Positions 1-11,913 of a DNA stretch of 64,000 nt are shown piece after piece (position 1 is the first letter of the stretch; the number at the start of each line of letters is the position of its first letter). Location: positions 65,472,001 through 65,536,000 of the forward strand of contig NC_091999.1 of NCBI RefSeq assembly GCF_044704955.1, read 5' to 3'. The notes beneath the pieces were generated by a model, which was not told the origin of the DNA, did no database searches, and saw only the letters and a program-made list of their open reading frames with translations. Position numbers and translations under genes: made by a program. This DNA is from Pristiophorus japonicus (lineage: Eukaryota).

Positions 1-1188
1 ATATCTGGTCGTGAGTGCTATGAAGTGCAACGTAATTAGCAATAACCTGCTCATCAATGCTCACTTTTTTTTCACCGAGGACCACTCGGCTCCAGACCAC
101 ATTACAGTTTTGGCAAAAGCGTGGATATGTTTGAATTCCCGACGTGAGGTGATACTGACTGCCGTGGATGTCAAGGCAGCATTTGACAATGTTTGGCATG
201 GAGGAGCGTTGGTAAAATAAAAGTCAATGTGGAAACAGGGGAGAACCTCTCCACTGGCTAGATTCATACCTCGCACAGAGCTAGATGTTTGTGACTGTTG
301 GATGTCAAAAATCTCAGCGCAAGGGCATGATATCAGGAGTTCTTCAGGACACAGTAGTAGGCCCAACTATGTTAAGCTGCTTCATTAATGACCTACGCTC
401 AATCATAAGATCAGAAATGGAGATATTCACTGATGACTGCTCAATGCTCATTGCCATTCGCAACATTTCAGACAATGAAACAGGCCACGTCCACATTACG
501 AAAGACTTGGAAGACATTCAGGCTTGGGCTTATATGTGGAAATAACATTCACGCCACAAAAGTGCCAGATAATGATTATCTCCAAGTCTAACCACTGTCT
601 CAATGACAATCAACAGAATTTCCATCGCCGCATCCCCATCATAAACATCCGGGAGGGCACCATTTACCAGAAACGCAACTGGACTATCGACATACATACT
701 GTATCAACAAGAACAGGTGAGCGGCTGGGTATTCTGCAAGCAATGACTCAGCGACAGAATCCCCAAAGCCTTTCCACCATCTACAGGGCACAAGTCAGGA
801 GTATAATGGAATACTTTCCGCTCACTTTAATGATTGCAGCTCCACCAAGCAGCTCGACTCCATTTAGGACAAAGCGACCCGCTATATTGGCACCACATAA
901 ACCTTAAATATTCTCTCCCTCCACCACCGCCGCATTGTGGCTAAAGATTGCACAATATACAAGATGCACTGCAGCAACTCACCAAGTCTTCCATGGCAGC
1001 ATCTTCCAAACCGGTGACTTTTAACACCTATCCCTAACAACACCTCCCCAGCAGCACTGTGGGAGTACCATCACCAAACGGACTGCAAAAGTTCAAGAAG
1101 GCGGCTCCTCTCCATCTTCCCAAGGGCAATTATGGATGAGCAATAATGGCTGGCCTTGCCAGCGATGGCCACATCCCACGAACGAATA
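1..1188 (+). mobile_element. CR1-clade LINE, degraded RT domain plus 3' UTR
   Basis: Frameshifted RT motifs across ORFs 11-220, 285-545 and 524-907 (DVKAAFDNVWH, GVLQDTVVGP, FINDL, FTDD, YRAQVRSIMEY); 3' tail ...gctggccttgccagcgatggccacatcccacgaacgaata. Confidence 0.85.
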
Positions 1189-1539
1189 GATTAAGATCCA
1201 AACTAATACAAATCAGAGCGCCCATTAACCATGATGCCAAACAGTGCGCGCAGAACATTGTAAACCTGAATAACAGAAAAGGTGCACAGGATTGAAACAG
1301 GAATATGCAATAAACGGATGTGTTCCAGATTAACAGAGAGTTAACAGATAATATAAAAAATGAGTACATTAATCCATTTTCGTAGGGCGAGACGTGGGAC
1401 AACCCGGACAGACCTTACGTTCATGCTCTCTGTAAGACTGCTATCTGCAGCAGAAAAATTCCAAGCCTAACATCTGCAGAACCCTTGTGTCTGAGAAGTT
1501 AATGCTCATCTGTTCATAGATAGTAATGCTTGCAGCATT

Positions 1540-1654
1540 GGGACAGACGGGTCATCTGTCAATAAATTAGGATGTTTGTGACTCTGGTACAGAAAGGTAA
1601 CGTGTCAGTAAATTGGGATGTTTGGGCCACTGGTGCAGGAAGATCACCTTTCAA
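1540..1654. repeat. About 46-bp minisatellite, left part (resumes at about 3350-3450 after an L2 insertion)
   Basis: Core tcagtaaattgggatgtttg recurs at about 1559, 1605, 3378 and 3423. Confidence 0.6.
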
Positions 1655-3345
1655 TACAACAACAACTTGTAGTTATATAGCGCCTTTAATGTAGTGAAAT
1701 GTCACAAGGCGCTGCACAGGAGCACTGTGAGAATCAAATAAATTGACCCCGAACGCATCAATAGAAATTAGCGCAGGTGATCAAAAGCTTGTTGAAAGAG
1801 TTATGTTTTAAGCAGTGTCTTGAAGGAGGACAAAGAGCTAGAGGGGAAGGTTTTGGCAGAGTGTTCCAGAACTTGGGGCTAGGCAGCAAAATGCACTGCC
1901 ACCAACGGTTGAGCGATAATAAACGGCCATGCTGAAGAGGGCAGAATTAGAGGAACACATGCATCTCGGGGCTAGAGGAGACTACAGAGATAGGGAGAGG
2001 CGAGGACATGGAGGGATTTGACAATAGAGATGGGAATTTAGAAATGAATTCTAGAGGTCACAAAGGCAAGGATGAAGGCTACAGCAGTGGAAATGGTGAG
2101 GCAAGTGTGGAGAGAGGCGATGTTACGTCGGTGGAAATAGGCAGTCTTAGTTGTGCTGTTGGTATGTGGTCTGAAGATCATTTAAGGGTCAAATATGACA
2201 CCAAGGTTGCGAACAGTCTGGTTCAGCCTCAGAGAGAATTTGGGAAGAGGGAGGGAGTCATGGAGAAGGAACGCAGTTTGTAGCCGGGACTGTATACAAT
2301 GGCTTCAGCCTTCTCAATATTCATTTAGAGAACAGTTCTGCTCACCGAGAACTGCATATCGGACAAGCAGTCTGCAAATTTAGAGACCATTGATGGGTCG
2401 AGAGAATACGCTTTATGTACAACTGGGTAGCAACAGTGTATATGTGGAAACTGCCGCTGTATTTTCGGATAATGTCTCCAAGAGAAAAAATGAAGATGAG
2501 AAATAGGGCGGGCCAAGGGTAGATCCTTGCGGGAGATCAGAGGTAACGCCACAGGGGCGGGAAGAGAAGCCGTTGCACGTTTTTCTCTAGCTAGGATTAG
2601 ATAGCTAAGAATGGAACCAGGCGAGTACCGTCCCACCCAGCTGGACGATGGTAGAGAGACGTTGGAGAAGAATGGAGTGGTCAACCTTGTCAAAAGGCTG
2701 CAGACAAGACTGGAAGGACGAGGGGAGTTAGTTTGTCTTTGTCTCATTCACAAATTACATCATTTCTGACTTTGAGAGAGCTGTTTTGGGACTGTGGCAT
2801 GCGCGGCAACTGGATTGGAGGGATTCATACATGAAATTGCAGGAACTTGGGAAGGGATTTGGGAGTGGATAAAACTTTCAGGGACTTTGGAGAGGAAAGG
2901 TATTTGGAGATGTGGCGGTAGATTTCAAGGTCGGAGGATTAAGGGTTGTTTTTCTTGAGTCGAGGAGTTATGAAAGCAGATTTGAGAGCGAATGAAACAA
3001 TACTTGAGAAGAGCGAACCGTTAACAAAGTCAGGTAACATGGGGCCAGAAAATAATGTTGGTTGATCAGCAGTTTACTGTGAAACGGGCCAAGGAGGCAG
3101 GACGTGTGTATCAAGGACTGCATGAGCTCGGAAATGGCATCAGCAGAGATCGGAGAGAAACTGGGAAAATTTGAGTTCAGAGACAGGATACGATCTTCCT
3201 CAGAGAAGTTTGACCCAGTGGGCTTGGGGATGAATGGGAAGAGGTCGGGACGGCCTAACTGATGGTCTCAATCTTAGAGACAATGAGTTCCTCACACTTA
3301 TTGTCGGAGGTCGGGGGTGGAGACTGGGGAGTTTGTAAGTGGTGA
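1655..3345 (-). mobile_element. L2-clade LINE fragment
   Basis: Typical L2 3' end on the + strand (caacaacaacttgtagttatatagcgcctttaatgtagt...aaggcgctgcacag); decayed L2 ORF2-like peptides on the minus strand (ORF 2325-2747). Confidence 0.75.
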
Positions 3346-4137
3346 TTTTTGTGTTTCTGGTACAGGGGGATCGCTTTTCAGTAAATTGGGATGTTTGTCT
3401 CTCTAGGACAGGAACTCACTTGTCAGTAAATTGGGATGCTTTTGTCACTGATTTTGGAGATTCACAATCAATGAATTGTGACAGCTTTTAGCTCTGCTAC
3501 AGTCAGATAATCAGCCCCATTCAACGGTGGATATGTTCCCCACAATTATGCCTCAATATCAGCTTGAAAGTCTGGTCTTTACACCAAATTATGGACGGTG
3601 ATTATTTGACATGTATAATTTTTTAGATATATTTTTTCTTGAAATTTTAGCGACATTGCCAATACAGCAATTACTACTCATACCTATGCCGGCATTAAGA
3701 ATCATCAATTTTCTGCAAAACTGCAGTGCATGTAGGCCAGATATGATAGGGAACGGAGGTACTCTTTTCAAACCCACGTTACAAAAATCCAGCAGATTTA
3801 TGCTGTATTGTTTCTTGTGCCAGTGCAAAAATGAACAGATGCATTTGCTCAATAATTCTGTTGGTTAGTTGCTGCCATTCGCGCCTGCAGGTGGTGCGAA
3901 TGAGGAGCTGATGCAGTTGTGCCAGTGTGAGGCGAATTTAGCTACTCAATGCATTAACGCCAGGAACTAATTCTCCAACAGTTCTAAAGATACCGGATAA
4001 TCCCAGGCTATATTGAATTTCTAGCCCTAATATGTTCAATTCATATCAATAACATTGTTTCCCAAACACTGAAGCCATCCATGGACAATTCTCACAATGC
4101 ATAATGAAACCTGGGGTTTGTACTTTCATTATTTTAT

Positions 4138-5201
4138 TTATTTACCTAGAATATTCAGCGGGTATTTAACAGCGTTGTTTAACTCCTCTCTGAATTCACT
4201 TTGAGTTGCTGCATAAATAAGTGTTGGTGCAGCAAGTCAACAGCTGAAGCATATTTCCGCTTTCCTGCAGGATAAATGTGGGATCACTGCAACCTTTGAT
4301 TTTGTAATCATGTGTAAATCGCTCAAATAAGAACTGTATAAGATCAGTCATCCACAACAGGATGAAACTTACCGAGATGGCGAAGAGTAAAAATATGGTC
4401 TTTCTCTGCGGCTCTCCATCTCTGGGCCACTCTGATTCTCCCCAGTGCTCTGGTTCGGGAGTCTTCTGCGGGTCCTGCTGGCTGCTAGAATGTGTTTGAC
4501 GGTCACAGCATTGAGCAAAAGGATCAGAAGGACCGGGAGACATCGTGTTAGAATACCGTCGAACAAGTCAAACGTTCTCCATACGGGTGAAGTACAACGG
4601 ATTTCCTTAAGTTTACAATACCACGGAACTTTGACACTTCTGTACATCGGCTCGTGTATACACTACCAGGGAGCGTTGTTCAGACAGCCCAGTTCACAGA
4701 CCATTGCAGTAACCCGGGACATCGTCAATTCTGTACATTGGCTTGTGTATAATCTACAATGGAGCGCTGTTCAGACAGCCCATTGCGCAGACCATTGCAG
4801 TAAACACGGGGCATTGTCAATTCTGGACATAGGTTCGTGTATAAACTAAAAGCGAGCGCTGTTCAGACAGCCCAGTGCATAGTCTATTGCTGCCATTTTT
4901 TCGTTGCAGCAGTTTATTTTCAGCTTCTGACAACAAATGGCCACAAATCGATGAAACGTGAAATAGACGGTGAACCAGAAAGAACTGTCTCTGGCTGCAT
5001 AAATTAAAGCAATGCTGAGACTGCACATGGGAGTGATGCACAGGTAGCTACATGGAAAATGAATTGCCGGAATGTGGTTTAATATCACAGCGGTGAAACT
5101 GACGAGGAGATCCGTCAACGCCATGGACACGAGATACCAGGTGATACATCTGGGGAGACCGCACCTTCCTCGGGACAGGATCACAATCGCCACTAAATTA
5201 A
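4138..5201 (-). pseudogene. GPR139/GPR142-like class A GPCR pseudogene, exon 2 (TM1 end to TM7)
   Basis: Acceptor ttattacag|TT then VNLVAIVILSRGRCGLPRCITWYLVSMALTDLLV...FTFHRFVAICCQKLK (DRF-like motif is HRF); later LTRCLPVLLILLLNAVTVKHILAASR, LLFAISVSFILLWMT, MLQLLTCCTNT and IYAATQSEFREEL in different frames; contains stops and frameshifts. Confidence 0.9.
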
Positions 5202-5213
5202 CTGTAATAAATT

Positions 5214-5235
5214 GAGAGAGAGAGAGAGAGAGAGA
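5214..5235. repeat. (GA)n microsatellite
   Basis: About 11 GA units; reads as a (TC)n pyrimidine tract just upstream of the GPCR exon 2 acceptor. Confidence 0.9.
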
Positions 5236-6063
5236 TGAAAAATAAGAGTGAACTACAATAAATTGATATATTGTCCGGAATTATAAAAAAATTGCAGCTA
5301 TGGTACTTGAAGCAATATAAACCGTTAATCATCCAGAGTGAAAGTTAGACAGACTGGAGAGCTCGGGTGAATGAAAGTTAATAAATTGCAATTAAAATAG
5401 TGATCGATAAATTAACAGAATCGATTCAACCAATTGTATACGTTTCAAATGGATTAAAAGAGTCGACTGTGCAATGATAATTAAAATAACAAGAACCTGG
5501 AGGGAAAGAGCAGCGTTTGTAGGAAAGATGTCAGGAGCAACGAATGTGGAAGTGCAGCAAAGAATCGAGCCCTTGGTCGGGTCGGGACAGAAGCCCGGGA
5601 TTTACATGCTCCCAGAATAAGGATTATTAACAAACCAGTCACAAATTTCACTGTTTCAAACTGTTGACCTGAAGCTAAATGTTAATAAGTCGAATCGTTG
5701 AATTCAATCAGTGTATAATAGAGCAGTAAACCAATTAATTGATATGTTGGATTGAACAATGTTGTATTTATCTATCAATAGTTAAACTATTTATATTTAT
5801 ATGAAGTCCAATTTTAATTGCCGAAATTTTGCGGCAGTTTTAATTTAATTTAATTACTACAGCCATGCCTTGAATTCATGCCCCTTGGTTTTCACATAGT
5901 GTGTTCAACACTGAGACGGTCAGAAGTCTATGTTCACTATCGTTATCATCCTCCCATATGATCTGCAGAAACACGTTGCACAGAGTGCTGTGAATAACTA
6001 GCTACTGAGACCAAACAAATAACTATTGCTTTTTACGATCATTAACTTACTGTAATATTTTAC

Positions 6064-6133
6064 CAGGGACAGTGGTAGCTGCAAGGGCACTGTAGTAAAT
6101 GGCATATGCCAGACCGCTGGGCGGAGAGTGCAT
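6064..6133 (-). pseudogene. GPR139-like GPCR pseudogene, exon 1
   Basis: ATG at 6133, MHSPPSGLAYAIYYSALAATTVP + G|gtaaaa; the phase-1 donor matches the exon 2 acceptor, giving ...VP-V-NLVAIVIL (TM1). Confidence 0.8.
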
Positions 6134-6503
6134 TTTCTTGGAGAAGCAGTGATATCTGTTCTGTACCTCATACGCGCTCTGATTGACATTCAAAGGATCC
6201 GTTATTATACCTTTTGTTAAACGTCTGGAGACACAAGTGGATAGAATCAACATTAATGTTAGTCACAGTTATTGAAAACAAATGTTAAGATACATCATGA
6301 TTTGTACCAGTTAGATTCGTTTCACAATCAGATAAATCCAGTCAATGTGTTTCTCACTTTGGATTCAGGAGAATGCAAAATTTGTTGCTGCAAAATCCTA
6401 AAGCGAAACGCTGAATAGCTACAATGTGATCTGAGCACAGGAAACACATTTCAACTTGTTGGTGCTTTTCTTTAACGTTCCTCAGAAATAAAATTTAAAA
6501 GAC

Positions 6504-7157
6504 TTGATATCAGCATGTAGCAACATTGCGAGAGGGATGGAGTACAAAAGCAGGGAGATCCTTCCGCAACTGTATAAGGTATTGGTGAGGCCGCACCTGG
6601 AGTACTGCGTGCAGTTTGGTCACCTTACTTCAGGAAGGATATACTAGCTTTGGAGGGGGTACAGAGACGATTCACTCGGCTGATTCCGGAGATGAGGGGG
6701 TTAACTTATGATGATAGTTTGGGTAGACTTGGACTTTATTGTTGGATTTCAGAAGGATGAGTGGTGATCTTATAGAAAAATTTTAAATAATGAAAGGGAT
6801 AAACAAGATAGAGGCAGAGAGGCTGTTTCCACTGGTCGGGGAGACTAGAACTAGGGGGCACAGACTCAAGATACGGGAGAACCCATTTAAAACCGAGTTG
6901 AGAAGGAATTTTTTCTCCCAGAGGGTTGTGTATCTGTGGAATTCTCTGGCCAAGGAAGCAGTTGAGGCTAGCTCATTGAATGTATTCAAGTCACAGATAG
7001 ATAGATTTTTAACCAATAAGGGAATTAAGGATTATGGGGAGATGGTGGGTAAGTGGAGCTGAGTCCACGGCCATATCAGCCATGTTCTTGTTGAATGGCG
7101 GAGCAGGCTCGAGGGGCTAGATGGCCTACTCCTGTTCCTAATTCTCATGTTCTTATG
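6504..7157 (+). mobile_element. CR1 LINE 3' end
   Basis: LYKVLVRPHLEYCVQF-type coding, TRTRGHRLKI...RRNFFSQRVV; tail cctactcctgttcctaattctcatgttcttatgt. Confidence 0.9.
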
Positions 7158-7465
7158 TATAACAGTTGCAGGATTACATGAAAGTCCCTTTCGACTGTTC
7201 AATTTTTCGACGGTCAATCCATATTGGTACTAGTTAAAATGTTATTTATGCATAGCCGAGACTTAACAAAGTCAGTATTCGAGCAGCTATTTACAAAGTG
7301 CGATTCAGAATTATTTTACTCGTTATTATCCGTTGGGTTGTAGGGATCGTCATTACTGGTTCCTTCTGCTCACAGGCGGCTTTACACGTGCCCAGATCAG
7401 TGACATTCCTGGCCTGTCTACTCAAAGAATTACCTGCCAGATCATGACCTTGCTGGCCTGAACTG

Positions 7466-9322
7466 ATCTAGAGTCGATAGACTGTTGGAAAATGATCACC
7501 AATGCACCCGCTATTTCTGGGGCCACTTCCTTAAGTACTTTGCAATGCAGACTATCAGGGCACGGGGAGTTATCGGTCTTCAATCCATCAATTTCCCTAA
7601 CACAATTACCTGACTAGAAAGGATTTCCTTCAGTCCTTCCTTCTCGCTAGATCCTCGGTGCCCTAGTATTTCCTGAAGGTTATGCGTGTCTTCCTTCGTG
7701 AAGACAGAACCAAAGTAATTGTTCAAATGGTCTACCACTTCTTTGTTCCCCATTATAAATTCACCTGAATCTGACTGCAAGGGACCTACATTTGTCTTCA
7801 CTAATCTTTTTCTCTTCACATATCTATCGAATCTTTTGCAGTCAGTTTTTACGTTCCCAACAAGATTCTTCTCGTATTCTATTTTCCCCATTCTAATTAA
7901 ACCCTTTGTCCTCCTCTGTTGAAATCTAAATATCTCCCAGTCCTCAGGTTTGCTGCTTTTTCTGGCCAATTCATATTCCTCTTCCTTGGAATTAACACTA
8001 TCCTTAATTTCCCGTGTTAACCACGGTTGAGCCACCTTCCCCGTTTTATTTTTACTCCAGATAGGGATGTGAAATTGTTGAAATTCATCTGCGTGGTCAT
8101 TAAAGGTCTGCCATTTCCTATTCACCTTCAACTCTTTAAGTATCATTCGCCAGTCTATTCCAGCCAATTAACGTCTCATATCATCGAAGGTATCTTTCCT
8201 TAAGTTCAGGACCCTCGTCCCTGAATTATCTGTGTCACTCGCCACCTTAATAAAGAATTCTACTTCATTATGGTCATTCTTCCCCAAACGGGGCCTCGCA
8301 CAACAAGATTGCTAATTAGTCCTTTCTCATTAGACATCACCCAGTCTAGGATGGCCAATTCTCGAGATGGTCCCTCGACATATTGGTCGAGAAAACCATC
8401 CCGAATACGTTCGAGAAAATCCTCCTCCACCGTAAGGCTACCTGTTTGGTCATCCCAAAATACATGCAGATTAAAGTCGCCCTTGATAACTGCTGTATCT
8501 TTAAGGCACGCATCCCTAATTTCTTGTTTGAAGCTGTCCTCAGTCTCACTACTACAATTTGCTGACCTGTACTCAACTCTAGCGTTTTCTTCACTTTAGA
8601 ATTCCGCAGCTCCAACCATACATGTTCCACATCATCCAAGCTAATATCGTTCCTTACTATTGCCTTAATTTCCTCTTTAATCAGAAACGCTACCCTACCA
8701 CCTTATCATTTCTGTAAATGCTTCCTGAATGTTGAATTCCCATCCTTGGTCACCATACAGCCTTGTCTCCATGATGCCAATTATATCATATTCATTAATT
8801 GCTGTTTGTGCAATTAATTCGTCCGTCTTATTACGAATACTCCTCGCACTGAGGCACAAAACCTTCAGGCTTAATCTTTTAACTCACTTTGACCCTTTAG
8901 AATTTGGCTGCAATTGGATTTGATTTTTGCCCTGGCTTTCTCTGCCATCCACCTTTACTTTTATTCTTTCGCTTATGCGCCCAATCGAATTCCCTCTCTC
9001 TCCCGTCGCCGTGCCATATTACTTTAAACACTCCCCAACAACACGAGCAAACACTCTCCCTTGGACATTGGTTCTGGTCCTGCCCAGGTGCAGACCGTCC
9101 TGTTGAGTACTGATCCCACCTCTCACAGAACCGGTTCCAAAGTCCCAGGAAATTGAATCGCTCCCATTTGCACCACACTTCAAGCCACGTATTCATCAGA
9201 GCTATCTTGTGATTCCTACTCCGACTAGCAGGTGGCATTGGTAGCAATCCTGAGTTTGCGACCTTTGAGGTCATACTTTTCATTTTAACTCCGAGCTCAC
9301 TGAATTCAGCTTGTAGGTCCTC
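7466..9322 (-). mobile_element. CR1 LINE 5' portion (ORF1 SGNH-esterase remnant plus ORF2 endonuclease/linker)
   Basis: ORF 8897-9283 SGLLPMP...MNTWLEVWC...FNFLGLW (CR1 ORF1 esterase-like); ORF 7580-8167 PWLTREIK...LNNYFGSVFTKED. Confidence 0.85.
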
Positions 9323-9525
9323 AGACAGAGTGAGTCAGAGATAGACAGAGACTCAAACACATAAAGATATACAGAGCTCTCTAAAGACAGAGAGTGAGAG
9401 GCACAGATACATTTCACAATCCCATTTCTTTGTCAGTTGAGAGTGCGACAGAGTTACAGATTCAACAGAAGGCATTCGGGTAACACTGAGAAGGATGGGA
9501 GCAAATCGGTGTTAAATTCAAGAGT

Positions 9526-9608
9526 TACCAGAGGTGGGGTTCCAACCCACGCGGGTTTAAACCCATTAGATCTTAAATGCAGCGACTTCTACACTCGGCC
9601 ATTCTGGA
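9526..9608 (-). tRNA. tRNA-Leu(TAA)-derived pseudogene
   Basis: Reverse complement tccagaatggccgagtgtagaagtcgctgcatTTAAgatctaatggg...ccgcgtgggttggaaccccacctctggta is colinear with vertebrate tRNA-Leu(UAA); B-box TTCGA is mutated to TTGGA and the D arm is damaged. Confidence 0.85.
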
Positions 9609-9729
9609 TTTGTGAACCTTCACATTCTCTCTCTGTGAGAATCTGGGCTTAAGTTCCTCCCTCACAGACACACGCATACACACAGGTTTTCAGTGAGCAC
9701 TTCAGAATATTTATATAAAAGTGACACGG

Positions 9730-9960
9730 GGGCAACTCACTACTCTTTATGGAGTAATGCAGTGGGAACGTTCACATTCACCTGAGAGAGCAGACGGTGC
9801 TTCAATTTAATATTTCATCCGAAAGTCAACAGCTTCAACAATGCAAAATTCCCCAAGAACTGCACATGAGTGCCAGCCAAGATTATATGCTCAAGTATCT
9901 GGGGTGGGACTTGAAGTCGGAAATGCTGCTGCTGAACCAAAGCCGATATCAAATGTCAGA
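9730..9960 (-). mobile_element. SINE fragment (DeuSINE/SacSINE1-like)
   Basis: tttaatatttcatccgaaag...gattatatgctcaagtatctggggtgggacttgaa; same family as 55316-55900. Confidence 0.55.
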
Positions 9961-10350
9961 ACCGTCTTATTTCCTCAACGCTTTTGAAAAAGTTCCAGGG
10001 CATACCAGATTCATGGTGATGATATCCATAGACAGTTGCACATACACAAAGACATACATACAGATAGACAGACACAGAGACACACACCTACATAACCAAA
10101 AATATACTCGCACCAACAGACATGCACAGAGTGACATCGACATGTAAATGGATAGACAAGCTGAATCACTTTCGCTAATTTGGCCGATTTTTGCGTTTTT
10201 CTATCCGGACGTATCGTGAATATTGCAGATTAATGAAAATGAGAATAAAATATCAGTGTTGAAAGGTGTGGGACGTTATTCCACCAAACTCAGGATCAGT
10301 TCTGCAGGGATCTGGCTAAATTGTGAAATGGAATGAAAATTGCTGAAATC

Positions 10351-10432
10351 GTTAGTCAGCAGGATTCTAACCTGCACGGGAAAACCGCAATGGATTTCCA
10401 GCACATCGTCTTTAACACTAGGCTATAACTAC
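10351..10432 (-). tRNA. tRNA-Ser(AGA)-derived pseudogene (anticodon now reads GGA)
   Basis: Reverse complement gtagttatagcctagtgttaaagacgatgtgctGGAaatccattgcggttttcccgtgcaggttagaatcctgctgactaac aligns end to end with vertebrate tRNA-Ser, with many substitutions. Confidence 0.85.
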
Positions 10433-10649
10433 TAGATTCCTGCCTCTTTAAATTTTACTCAGATAAAACTCAATCATCCATCTCTGCATCAGAACGCCAC
10501 AGAGTCCTGAAAAAGTCTCCGTTTCCTAAAAAATTGGAAGAGCCAATCTCCACTTGCTGTATTTTTACGCTTCTCTGTTGCTCTGGAACTTTTAACATGA
10601 ATCTATACAGAATAACAGAAGTACAATTCTACATTTCGAAAATTCTTCT

Positions 10650-10693
10650 TCCCGCGTGACAGGCGGGGATACTCACGACTACACGAACGAGGG
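10650..10693 (-). tRNA. tRNA-Asp(GTC) pseudogene, 5' part only
   Basis: Reverse complement cctcgttcgtgtagtcgtgagtatccccgcctGTCacgcggga matches tRNA-Asp through the anticodon arm; T arm and 3' acceptor strand are lost. Confidence 0.85.
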
Positions 10694-10749
10694 ACTGACG
10701 GGTGTAGATTTTGAGACAGCAGGAATCGAGCTGTGCAAAGAACTGGACA

Positions 10750-11370
10750 CCATGAGAAAGAGACAGACACATTGAGAGGCAGACACAAACAGAGAAACAG
10801 GGAGAGACAGACAGTGAGCGAGAGAAATAGAGAGAGAGCGAGTGTGAAATTGAGAGGGATAGGCAGACTGAGTGAGACAAATACTCAAACATACACATAC
10901 ACAGAGATGTGTGTGTGTGCTCCATAAAGAGAGGGAGGCAAATGGTGATGGAAAGCCAGAGTCAAAGACAAAGACATGGACAAAGAGAGCGGCAAAGAGA
11001 GAGCGAGATAGTGAGAGAGATGATAAGAGAGAGACAGAGATAAAAATAGAAAATTATGGAAATACTCAACAGGTTAGGGACAGGATCTAACAGAGACAGG
11101 CAAAGAGAGACAGACAGGCAGAGACATAGACAGACAGTGATGATGTGAAAGAGAGGGACAGCCAGACAGAGAGACTGAGAGAATCCCATTGCAACAGAAC
11201 TGGACACTGTGAGAAGGACAGGGGCAGATTGAGAGACAGAGACAAAAAGAGAAACAGGGAGAGACAGAGTGAGTCAGAGAGAGCCAGAGTGAGGGAAACA
11301 AAGACTCCAGCACGTAAACACATGCAAAGATCTCTAAAGAGACAGAGGTAGAGGTGAGGCAGAGACTGCA
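10750..11370. repeat. GA-rich low-complexity region
   Basis: Degenerate gagacaga/gagaga runs; source of the spurious SLSL- and RERD-type ORFs. Confidence 0.85.
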
Positions 11371-11449
11371 AGATACATATACACTTCTCAGTTCCATTTC
11401 TTTATCGGTTCAGAATGTCATAGATTTACAGTAAAGTGCAGATTCAACA

Positions 11450-11913
11450 GATTCTTACTGCAGTTGTTCAGGGCCTTGATGAGGCCTCACCTGGAATATT
11501 GTGTTCAGTTTTGGTCTCCTAATCTAATAAAGGACGTTCTTGCTATTGAAGGACTGCAGCGAAGATTCACCAGGCTGATTCCCGGGATGGCTGGACTGTC
11601 ATTTGAGGGGATATTAGATTAACTGAGTTTTTATACATTGGAGTTTAGAAGGATGAGAGGGGATTTCATTAAAACATAAAGATTCTGGCGAGACGGGGCA
11701 GGTTAAATGCGGATAGCTTGTTCCCGATGTTGGGGAAGTCCAGACCCAGGGGACACAGACTTAGGACAGCCATATCTCCGTGGTTCCATTTATATCATAT
11801 TCATTAATTGCTGCCTGTGCAGTTAATTCCTCGCATTGAGGCATAGTGCCTTCAGGCTTGTCTTTATAACACACTTTGTCCCTTTAGACTTTTGCGGTAA
11901 TGTGGCCCTTTTT
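11450..11913. mobile_element. Two abutting CR1 fragments (+ about 11450-11768; - about 11769-11913)
   Basis: RPHLEYCVQFWSP-type coding on +; LKALCLNARN (endonuclease start) on -. Confidence 0.75.

Noticed and set aside
3589-3868. Antiparallel 85-87 aa ORFs downstream of the GPCR
   Set aside because: No recognisable motif or splice structure; within chance ORF length.
10351-10432. Functional tRNA-Ser with an unusual GGA anticodon
   Set aside because: A and B boxes and stems are heavily mutated; most simply a decayed AGA gene.
10603-11397. Overlapping Ser/Leu/Cys- and Arg/Glu-rich ORFs
   Set aside because: Translations of GA/TC low-complexity DNA.
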